Assembly (NCBI GenBank): GCA_003144275.1
Contig: NJBF01000048.1
Coordinates: forward strand, 1-22,371
Reading direction: 5' to 3'
Origin: Candidatus Heimdallarchaeota archaeon B3_Heim
Lineage (GTDB): Archaea; Asgardarchaeota; Heimdallarchaeia; Hodarchaeales; Hodarchaeaceae
Length of the DNA: 22,371 bases
Shown: in pieces, positions 1-7,773 of the stretch
Layout: each line of letters starts with the position of its first letter
How positions within the stretch are numbered: the first letter of the stretch is position 1
The notes under the pieces: generated by a model
Told to the model about the DNA's origin: nothing
What the model saw: the letters and a program-made list of their open reading frames with translations, nothing else
Databases searched by the model: none
Made by a program: the position numbers and the translations under genes

Positions 1-226
1 TTCCCTCTCTTTTATCCCCTTTCATTATTCTCATCGTTGTCATTCACTTATTTTCAAAGATTTTCATGGTTTTTTAGCAACTTTCCTCCCCATAGCCCAG
101 TTACAACAATTTAAGCGAAATCTCGCAGACTCTTTTGAAAAAAGATAATTAGGAATGAAGTCTTTCTAGGAAAAAATAAAATCTAGAGAAATTCACACCC
201 TGTTATAAACATATGAGGTCTATCTA

Positions 227-1402
227 TTGAATAAACCAGTAATAGTAAGCTTAGCAAGAACCCCGATGGGAAGAATGATGGGAGCATTCGCTAACTTTTC
301 AGCCGCCAACTTAGGTGCAGTAGCTATCAAAGAAGTGGTTAAAAGATCGCAACTTGATGTGAAAGATATTGATCATGTCATTATGGGCCAAGTCATATCT
401 GCAGGATGTGCTCAAAATACAGCCCGACAAGCAACTATCTACGCAGATCTTCCAGTCTCAATCGGTGCCATTACAATTAACAAAGTATGTGGATCTGGGA
501 TGGCATCTGTCATATGGGCAGCTCAGATGATTAAAACTGGCGATATGGACGTAGTCATAGCAGGTGGAATAGAAAATATGTCCATGGCTCCATATTTACT
601 ATTAAAAGGGAGACAAGGATATCGCTATGGAAACAGTCAACTCATAGATTCAATGTATCATGATGGATTGTACGATATTTATCACGATATGGCAATGGGC
701 AATACGGGTGATATTGTTTCGAAAAGATATGATATCAGCAGAGAGGAAATGGATGAATTCGCCTATCAATCTCATCAACGCGCCCATAAGGCAACAAAAA
801 ATGGGAAATTTAAGGATGAAATTGTTCCTGTTAAAATAAAAACACGTAAAGGTACAACTACGGTCAAAGAAGATGAAGGAATTAGACCAAATACTACATT
901 GGAAGCATTAGCGAAATTACGTCCCGCTTTTTCAAAAGAGGGAAAAGTTACTGCTGGGAATGCCTCACAAATTTCTGATGGCGCAAGCGCGATTGTAGTC
1001 ATGTCGGAAGAATTAGCCAAAGAAAAAGGAATACCAATTCTCGCACATATCGCTGCTTACGGAACGAACGCCACTAAGCCAGAATGGGTTATGGAAGCGC
1101 CAATTAAAGGAGTGAAGCAACTATTAAAGAAAACAGACCATAAAATTAATGATTTTGATTTGATTGAACATAATGAAGCATTCGCATCAGCCAGTTGTGC
1201 GGTGAGAAATGAACTAAAAATTTCAAATGAGAAGTTCAACGTTAATGGTGGAGCCGTGGCTCTTGGACATCCTCTTGGCTGCTCTGGTTCTCGAATCTTG
1301 GTTACTTTGTATCATGAGCTCGCTAAACGTAATGAACATAAAGGCCTTGCTACTATTTGTCTCGGTGGCGGTGAGGCTATGAGTATGATAATTGAACGGT
1401 AA
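227..1402 (+). CDS. atoB: Acetyl-CoA C-acetyltransferase (thiolase)
   Basis: Thiolase motifs NKVCGSG (catalytic Cys), HNEAFA, GHPLGCSG (His) and TICLGGG (Cys). TTG start with a GAGGT SD-like motif upstream. Confidence 0.95.
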   Translation: MNKPVIVSLARTPMGRMMGAFANFSAANLGAVAIKEVVKRSQLDVKDIDHVIMGQVISAGCAQNTARQATIYADLPVSIGAITINKVCGSGMASVIWAAQMIKTGDMDVVIAGGIENMSMAPYLLLKGRQGYRYGNSQLIDSMYHDGLYDIYHDMAMGNTGDIVSKRYDISREEMDEFAYQSHQRAHKATKNGKFKDEIVPVKIKTRKGTTTVKEDEGIRPNTTLEALAKLRPAFSKEGKVTAGNASQISDGASAIVVMSEELAKEKGIPILAHIAAYGTNATKPEWVMEAPIKGVKQLLKKTDHKINDFDLIEHNEAFASASCAVRNELKISNEKFNVNGGAVALGHPLGCSGSRILVTLYHELAKRNEHKGLATICLGGGEAMSMIIER

Positions 1403-1539
1403 AAAATTCAAAACCTAAATTGTTCAAATTCATTATTAATGGCAAATTGCTGATAAAAAAGCATGATAAAATTTGTCTGACAAATATAGTCATGTCTGTC
1501 TGCTTTTTCTCTCCTACCCCCATTTTTCACACACAAACT

Positions 1540-2220
1540 CTAGTATACCAGTAATGTCTCTTTGGTTTCTTGGTGGAAGAAATTCACGACCCGAAAATGG
1601 GTTTTAATGTTTTCAATTACAGGTTTCAAGGATTGCCAATCCTCATTCCAATCGATAATCCATATTTCTGTCTGAGAACTCCACGGGTGTTGACCAGTAG
1701 ATATCTTCGACAGCAGATTCTGGTATTCCGAATGAAGGCGATGTAAATAGGCCAATGGTAGTAGTGAGCTTGTTTCTGCTTCCCGATTTCGATCCTTTAT
1801 TCTTTGATAGGCTACTTCTGGTAAAACATCTAAGAAGATCAATAAATTTGGAGCAGGTAAAATTTGAATAAACATGTTATACGCAGATTCGTAAATTTCC
1901 CAGTTAATCGGATGAATTTTCTTATCTTTCATCAGCATTTGTGCAAATACTCGATCCCCTGGTAATGCCCTGTCAATTATTGCTCCTTTCCTATATTGTG
2001 CAGTAATAGCAGCTGCAGATTGTATTGCGAAGCGTTTATTCAACATATCAATCTGAAAAGAAAAACCCCAGCTAATTTGATCTTCATAGTAAATTTTAAG
2101 CAAGTCTTCGTTCAATGGTTCTTGGAAAATACTTAATTCTAATGAATCTCCAATTTCTTTAGCTGCGGTTGTCTTACCAGCTCCGATAATACCATCTACC
2201 CAGATTAATGGTTGAACCAT
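1540..2220 (-). CDS. Deoxynucleoside kinase (dNK family)
   Basis: P-loop DGIIGAGKTT, EP after the P-loop, DR motif (IIDRALPGDRVF) and lid LDV..EVAYQRIKDRNREAE. AGAGGAG SD upstream. Confidence 0.88.
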   Translation of the reverse strand: MVQPLIWVDGIIGAGKTTAAKEIGDSLELSIFQEPLNEDLLKIYYEDQISWGFSFQIDMLNKRFAIQSAAAITAQYRKGAIIDRALPGDRVFAQMLMKDKKIHPINWEIYESAYNMFIQILPAPNLLIFLDVLPEVAYQRIKDRNREAETSSLLPLAYLHRLHSEYQNLLSKISTGQHPWSSQTEIWIIDWNEDWQSLKPVIENIKTHFRVVNFFHQETKETLLVY

Positions 2221-2448
2221 TAGAAATTTTCTCCTCTAAGAGTAAAAAAGCCACTAAATTTATTCTCTCACAAATTACCGCTGGATGAAAATTTAATTCA
2301 TTACCTACTAGATAAGAGAAGGTAATGGGGAATTAAAAAACCTTCGTACTACCACATTCGTACTTTTAGTCTTCGTAACAGCACAGTAATGGAATGCTTT
2401 GTCATTTCCCTCCTTTTCACTCTAGCTATGTTGCCGAAAAATAATTCC

Positions 2449-2476
2449 TTATAAACGAAATTGTAAGTAACTTACA
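2449..2476 (+). promoter_or_regulatory. TATA-like box plus downstream palindromic operator of the ABC operon
   Basis: TTATAAA at 2449-2455. Perfect inverted repeat TGTAAG-TAA-CTTACA at 2462-2476, 25 nt before the ATG at 2502. Confidence 0.45.
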
Positions 2477-2501
2477 CATCAATTGAGAGTGAAACAAAAT
2501 C

Positions 2502-3560
2502 ATGGCTACAAATAAGATGATTGAAGTAATAGATTTAGCGAAACATTATTCTTCAAAAAAGCGTCTGGGTATTTTCAAAAGTGAAAAAAACGTTGTAGAA
2601 GCTTTAAAAGGAGTGACCTTTGATGTAGATCAAGGGGAAATCTTTGGATTGCTAGGACCAAATGGAGCAGGAAAAACAACCCTTATTAAAATCTTAACAA
2701 CGTTACTCCTACCTACATCAGGCATCGCTAAGGTTAATGGATATTCACTAGATCAGGATAAAGAAATTAAATCATCTATTGGAGCAATGCTGATGGGAGA
2801 GAGAGGATTATACTGGAAATTAACTGGAAGAGAGAATTTAGAATATTTTGGAGCGTTATACCATGTACCAAAATCAATCAGAAAAGATCGTATACAATCC
2901 TTAATAGACCAATTAGAATTAGATAAAATAGCTGATAGAACTGTTGAAACGTACTCTTCTGGTCAGAAAATGAAAATGGTTTTCGCTCGTGCCCTTGTAA
3001 ATGATGCCCCTATACTCATGCTTGATGAACCTACAAACACATTGGATGTAAAAGAAGCTCGTCGGTTACGAAAAATTGTGAAAGAACAAAATGAGGACTA
3101 TCATAAGACGATTATTTACTGTACCCATCTTATGCACGAAGCGGAAGAATTGTGTCATCGTGTTGGGATAATTGATCATGGCAAGATAATAGCTCTGGAT
3201 GACCCCATGGATCTTAAACAGCGTTTACAGAAAAATGATATTCTTAGTATTGAGGGTACAATCCCAGAAAATGCTCAAACTGCGTTAAATTCAACTCCAG
3301 GAGTCATGTCGGCCCAAATGCTCGTCAAACAGGTAAATAATGGATCAACTGAAGAAAAACCATATCTTAATATAACCTGTGAAAATAGTCATCGAAATTT
3401 ACCTGAAATCATAACAACACTAACCACAAACGGAGCGATAATTCGAAATATCGATAAGAAGGAAACAACTCTTGAGGATGTTTTTATTAATATTACGGGA
3501 CGATCATTAATGGACGATACAAGTCAGGTTATTAAAACAAAAACTGGAAGCGGTAATTAA
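2502..3560 (+). CDS. ABC-2 (DrrA-like) exporter ATP-binding subunit
   Basis: Walker A GPNGAGKTT, signature YSSGQ, Walker B ILMLDEPT, H-loop CTH and C-terminal TLEDVFINITG. Confidence 0.93.
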   Translation: MATNKMIEVIDLAKHYSSKKRLGIFKSEKNVVEALKGVTFDVDQGEIFGLLGPNGAGKTTLIKILTTLLLPTSGIAKVNGYSLDQDKEIKSSIGAMLMGERGLYWKLTGRENLEYFGALYHVPKSIRKDRIQSLIDQLELDKIADRTVETYSSGQKMKMVFARALVNDAPILMLDEPTNTLDVKEARRLRKIVKEQNEDYHKTIIYCTHLMHEAEELCHRVGIIDHGKIIALDDPMDLKQRLQKNDILSIEGTIPENAQTALNSTPGVMSAQMLVKQVNNGSTEEKPYLNITCENSHRNLPEIITTLTTNGAIIRNIDKKETTLEDVFINITGRSLMDDTSQVIKTKTGSGN

Positions 3561-4246
3561 TGTATGCTCCGATTCATAATCTGACATTCAAAGGTCATCT
3601 GGGAGTTGCATGGGGAACATTTGTAGTCAGAATTAAGACAATTTCTCGCTACAAAGGTATGCTATTTATGGATGTGTTAACTCCTGTATTGTTAGCTGCA
3701 ATGCCAATTCTATTAGGCCAAGCATTATCGGGTTCGATCACCGCAGCTTCAGCTAATTTTGAACAAAACACTGGGTTAATTGGCGCAAATTATGTTGCGT
3801 TCATTATTATAGGAGCGAATGTATTCTCCACAGTTACAACCTCTCTATGGCTATTTGGGTTTTTTATTAGACGAGAACAAACTCTTGGTACTCTAGAGGC
3901 CCTATTTATGTCACCAGCCCATCAAATTTCTATCCTTGTGGGACTAACGCTGTATGTACAAATTCGGTCGGTTGTCACATTTATTGGAGGATATTTTTTC
4001 GGATGTCTTTTATTCTCAATCAATCCTCTTCAGGGCCAAGTGCTCTTAGCTCTAGCCATTCTTTTGTTTGGGCTGACCCCAATTTATGGCTTATCTTTTC
4101 TTTTGGGCGCATTGGTTTTAAGGGTTAAACAAGCTAATAGCTTACTTAATACGCTTCAATGGATTGTTGGGGCATTTATGGGCGTATTTTTCTTCCGAAG
4201 AACAGTAACAATTGCGAAAAAACGTGGTAATCTAGCAGAGTATTGA
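3560..4246 (+). CDS. ABC-2 type permease, probably with an in-frame internal deletion near 4187-4195
   Basis: TAATG overlap with the ATPase. Hydrophobic helices and the IRREQTLGTLEALFMSP motif are present. GVFF is joined directly to a family-like C-terminal tail (FRR...KRGNLAEY). Confidence 0.8.
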   Translation: MYAPIHNLTFKGHLGVAWGTFVVRIKTISRYKGMLFMDVLTPVLLAAMPILLGQALSGSITAASANFEQNTGLIGANYVAFIIIGANVFSTVTTSLWLFGFFIRREQTLGTLEALFMSPAHQISILVGLTLYVQIRSVVTFIGGYFFGCLLFSINPLQGQVLLALAILLFGLTPIYGLSFLLGALVLRVKQANSLLNTLQWIVGAFMGVFFFRRTVTIAKKRGNLAEY

Positions 4247-4359
4247 ACAAATTCAGGTTAAGTGTTCAACAATTTTTCATTCTTGCTCTATTTACAAGAG
4301 GTTCATTGTTTCAGCCAAGATTGATTACTCTGTCCCGATTTTGTCTAATTACAAGATAG

Positions 4360-4430
4360 GAAACAATAAGAAACAATCATCATTCACAAGAAACGATTAG
4401 AAATAAATTTCAAATTCTAAGCCTTTATAA
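4360..4430 (+). promoter_or_regulatory. Promoter region of the small secreted protein: 10-bp-phased GAAA repeats and a TATA-like box
   Basis: GAAACAAT at 4360 and 4370, GAAACGAT at 4390, GAAATAAA at 4400. TTTATAA at 4424-4430, GGTGA SD at 4454-4458, ATG at 4466. Confidence 0.35.
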
Positions 4431-4465
4431 TCACCCCACGGCTTACTTTATGTGGTGAAAACCAA

Positions 4466-4732
4466 ATGAAGCGAAAACACTTAATCAGTGGATTAATAAT
4501 ATTAGGACTTGTAGCGGTTGTCGCAACAACCGTAGTTGTTAATGGTTCAGTTATATCTGATACATTAAATGGAACGAGAGATGGTACTTGTGATGGTTTG
4601 GGGCCTCATGGTCAAACTGGTAATGGAAATCATGGTGGAAATGGGCCCATGGACGGAACTGGAAATCAATGGGGTTCACAAGGACCTCATGGTGACGGTA
4701 CTTGCAATCAAACCAGTATAATTGATGGATAA
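4466..4732 (+). CDS. Small secreted or membrane-anchored Gly/Asn/His-rich protein with 2x DGTC and GP(H/M) repeats
   Basis: Basic N-terminus MKRKH plus a ~20-aa hydrophobic stretch, then a low-complexity mature region. Has its own SD and TATA-like box. Confidence 0.8.
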   Translation: MKRKHLISGLIILGLVAVVATTVVVNGSVISDTLNGTRDGTCDGLGPHGQTGNGNHGGNGPMDGTGNQWGSQGPHGDGTCNQTSIIDG

Positions 4733-4928
4733 ACTTCTTATCCATCTTCTCTTTTTTTATATGAATCGGGGAAGGAAAATATTTTTTTTGGATCCTAGCA
4801 AAGAAAATTACAATAGCCAAGATGAAAGAGTTCATCTCGAAAAAGATACTGTTGATTCCAACCTGGATTAGGTCATATCCTAAAATCTAGATCCATCTTA
4901 GGTGAAAATGAATGAAAGCCAGATCGTT

Positions 4929-5096
4929 CTATTTAAGTAATAAGACAAGATAGTTGTTTATCCAAGGACAACCAATAGGATTAAATTCCTGGCCAACCCC
5001 ACATCTTTCTAGATGATCACAAATCAAACAAGGGCTATCCCAAGGTTTAACGAGCTCTGGATAATTCTCAAGAGTCAGTAATTCTTCCATAGACAT
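4929..5096 (-). CDS. 55-aa microprotein with a TFE-beta/RPC34(RPC6)-like [4Fe-4S] Cys motif (absent from the ORF track)
   Basis: Hand translation: MSMEELLTLENYPELVKPWDSPCLICDHLERCGVGQEFNPIGCPWINNYLVLLLK*. PC-x2-C-x5-C-x7-P-x2-C pattern. AAAGGA about 10 nt upstream of the ATG. Confidence 0.75.
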   Translation of the reverse strand: MSMEELLTLENYPELVKPWDSPCLICDHLERCGVGQEFNPIGCPWINNYLVLLLK

Positions 5097-5302
5097 AGTT
5101 TGTTCTATCCTTTTACTAAGATATTGCTGTAGAGAATTTTGAAAAAAAGGGAGAGATTCGTATGCAAATAAAAATGTCTCTCTTTAGAATGATCTACAAT
5201 TTCTATTAGCACAATGGGGTTTTTTATCTCTTTAGTAGCTAAGATTTCGCTACTTGAGCTGAAATTAAGATTCTAATAAATAGGTTCATTCAGGATAGAA
5301 CT

Positions 5303-6925
5303 TCATTCACAAGTAGAAAAATTGAAAATTTCACTTCTAACAGATTTACGGAGTAAAGTATCTTTTGGTGTCTTTCGTTTCATTGGATAATCAATAGTAA
5401 AATGTACACCCCGACTTTCTTTGCGATGAAAGCCAGCATCGATAATCATCTGTGCAATGTCTGCTAAATTCCGAAGTTCAATCAAATCTGAAGTAATATG
5501 AAAATTCCAGTAATATTGGTTTATCTCATCCTGTAAGAGGTGAATTCGTTGTTTAGCACGACGAAATCGTTTATCGGATCTAACTACCCCAACGTAGTTC
5601 CACATAAGTAATCTGAGCTCCATCCAATTTTGGGAGACAACTACAGATTCATCACTGTCTACAGCATCACCAGATTGCCAGCGGGAAAATGAACAAGCAG
5701 GGGGCCCGTTATTCACCAGATTACGGCATTCATTAGCTGCATAATGAGCCATCACACTAGATTCTAATAACGAGTTGGAAGCAAGTCGATTTGCTCCATG
5801 AAAGCCTGTACAAGCCACTTCTCCTATAGCTAATAATCCTAGAATGTCAGTAAGGCCAGAAACGGAGGCTTTTACTCCCCCAATGGCATAATGGGCAGCT
5901 GGTACTATAGGAATTGGTTCTTTTGAAATATCAATACCTAGCTCAAAACATTTAGCAAAAATACCTGGAAAACGCTTTTGGATAAAATCTGAACCTTTGA
6001 AAGATATGTCCAAAAATAAACAATCACTCCCAGAACGTTTAAGCTCAGAATCGATTGCTCTAGCAACCACATCACGAGGAGCTAATTCCATTCGAGAATC
6101 ATACGAGGACATAAACTGAAAACCTGCTTCATCAACCAGTTTGGCCCCCTCTCCTCTAAGTGCCTCTGAAATCAAAAAGGATTTTGCAAACGGATGATAG
6201 AGTAAGGTAGGATGAAATTGAATAAATTCCATATTCATAATAGTGGCACCAGCACGATAGGCCATAGCAATGCCGTCTCCACTTGAAATATCAGGGTTAC
6301 TAGTGTATAGGAAGGCCTTTCCCACCCCCCCAGTAGCTAGTACTGTAACTTTAGCAGCAAAATTCTTGACCAGATCTTGATTCTTATCTAAAACATAAGC
6401 CCCGAGGCATCGACCTGACCGAACCTTAAGATTGATAGCAATGTGATTTTCAAGTACAGTTATTCGAGGATCTTCTAAGACTCGGGCGATAAGCACATTT
6501 TGAATATCAGCCCCTGTTATATCTTTAGAATGGACTACTCGACGATGAGAATGCCCTGCTTCTAATCCTAGATCATAGTGATCATTCTCCTTTTTGGAGA
6601 ATTGAACACCCCATTTTACAAGTTCTTCAATTCGTTCAGGTGCTGCTGATACGATTTTTTTTACAACATCTAAGTGACACAGGCCATCTCCGACATTTAC
6701 AGTGTCTTGAATATGAGTTTCAAACGAATCATCTGTAGATAATGCTGCACTAATTCCTGCTTGTGCTAGGATCGTAGCACATTCTGTAAGATTCGTTTTT
6801 GTCAAAACTATAACTTTACCAATAGAGGCCACTTTTAATGCCATTGATAATCCAGCGATTCCCGATCCAATGATTAAAACATCACACATTGTCTCCAACG
6901 AATCAATAGTATCCACATTTTTCAC
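5303..6925 (-). CDS. nadB: L-aspartate oxidase
   Basis: FAD motif IIGSGIAG, AQAGIS, EAGHSHRRVVH, EFIQFHPT, LISEALRGEG, LAPRDVVAR, HYAIGG, HGANRLASNSLLE and ESRGVH. GTG start. Confidence 0.95.
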   Translation of the reverse strand: MKNVDTIDSLETMCDVLIIGSGIAGLSMALKVASIGKVIVLTKTNLTECATILAQAGISAALSTDDSFETHIQDTVNVGDGLCHLDVVKKIVSAAPERIEELVKWGVQFSKKENDHYDLGLEAGHSHRRVVHSKDITGADIQNVLIARVLEDPRITVLENHIAINLKVRSGRCLGAYVLDKNQDLVKNFAAKVTVLATGGVGKAFLYTSNPDISSGDGIAMAYRAGATIMNMEFIQFHPTLLYHPFAKSFLISEALRGEGAKLVDEAGFQFMSSYDSRMELAPRDVVARAIDSELKRSGSDCLFLDISFKGSDFIQKRFPGIFAKCFELGIDISKEPIPIVPAAHYAIGGVKASVSGLTDILGLLAIGEVACTGFHGANRLASNSLLESSVMAHYAANECRNLVNNGPPACSFSRWQSGDAVDSDESVVVSQNWMELRLLMWNYVGVVRSDKRFRRAKQRIHLLQDEINQYYWNFHITSDLIELRNLADIAQMIIDAGFHRKESRGVHFTIDYPMKRKTPKDTLLRKSVRSEIFNFSTCE

Positions 6926-7086
6926 CTAAGAGATAACCAGATAAAACTAGAACCGTAATTACGGATTATTATTTTTGCTTAAATGATGAATCGTTGCATT
7001 TCATTTATCTAGCATAATTGGTTAAACTAAGTATTCTAGAATGAATTGATTTGTAATGAACTAATTATTTATTAAATTGGGATATC

Positions 7087-7755
7087 TCATTGCATACGAT
7101 AAGTACACTGCCCTCGTTCCACACATGACTTACATCGTGTCTCCCATCTGGATTTCTTTATATCTTTCCCAATGTTAATAGCAAATGATACAGATTTAAT
7201 GGGTTTCATCATATATCCTTCAGTCAGAGATACTCCAATATCTTCACTGGGGAGATTATTGAAAATTAATTCTTGATCCTGTACACTCCACTGACAATAA
7301 CCTGGACTAAACCGTTGTGAATACTCAAAATTTTGGCTTTTTACGATATCAACAATTTCACGATTCACCTGATCGGCCACTTGTTCTACACCAGCAGATC
7401 CAAACGCATCTAATATAACGCCGTCTACATATTCCCCTGATTTCATTCGATTATTCGCTTCCAAAGGTAGAGATTTACCAATTGTTACGATAGCCAATGC
7501 CACTCTTTCAGCTTCAGCAAAGCATTCTCGAAAGGGGAGTTCTGAAGCATTAAAAATCTTGAAAATACCTTTCGGTTCATATAGAGTGACTGCTATGCTT
7601 TTCATTCGATCCAATTGTATCTTTAAATCGGGTGTAAGCGCTTTTCGAGAGGAATTATGAGAAGATTTGTTGCTACGTTGCAGATAGTAGACTATATCTT
7701 TATCCCGAACTGGAATTTCCTCATATTTTCTTCTATGAATCAAAATTGGAACCAA
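7087..7755 (-). CDS. Stand-alone B12-dependent methionine synthase activation (SAM-binding reactivation) domain
   Basis: VTIG, ILDAFGSAGVE, RFSPGY and MKPIKSVS motifs of the short activation-domain family, plus C-terminal C-x2-C-x5-C-x-YR. The start is uncertain (TTG). Confidence 0.85.
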   Translation of the reverse strand: MVPILIHRRKYEEIPVRDKDIVYYLQRSNKSSHNSSRKALTPDLKIQLDRMKSIAVTLYEPKGIFKIFNASELPFRECFAEAERVALAIVTIGKSLPLEANNRMKSGEYVDGVILDAFGSAGVEQVADQVNREIVDIVKSQNFEYSQRFSPGYCQWSVQDQELIFNNLPSEDIGVSLTEGYMMKPIKSVSFAINIGKDIKKSRWETRCKSCVERGQCTYRMQ

Positions 7756-7773
7756 AAAATTCTTTTATCATGA

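Noticed and set aside
775-1411. Minus-strand ORFs 775-1020, 1057-1239 and 1223-1411
   Set aside because: Antisense shadows of the thiolase with no motifs.
1471-1485. Palindrome ATTTGTC-T-GACAAAT, with a 10-mer match at 16277-16286
   Set aside because: It lies between convergent gene ends, the loop is too small for a hairpin, and a 10-mer match is expected by chance in 22 kb.
4466-4732. RiPP precursor interpretation of the small secreted protein
   Set aside because: It has a Sec-like signal rather than a leader peptide, and no modifying enzymes are nearby.
4551-4835. 94-aa minus-strand ORF
   Set aside because: Mostly the antisense of the repeat-rich secreted protein, which has the better SD, promoter and signal peptide.
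5303-6925. nadB as part of the corrinoid operon or of a nad cluster
   Set aside because: A 161-bp AT-rich gap suggests its own promoter, and no nadA or nadC is in the window. An ordinary dispersed gene.
7750-7772. Upstream ATG (MIKEFF...) that would fuse to the activation domain if the T6 run were T5
   Set aside because: The TTG start already gives a plausible full-length domain, and this cannot be resolved without reads.
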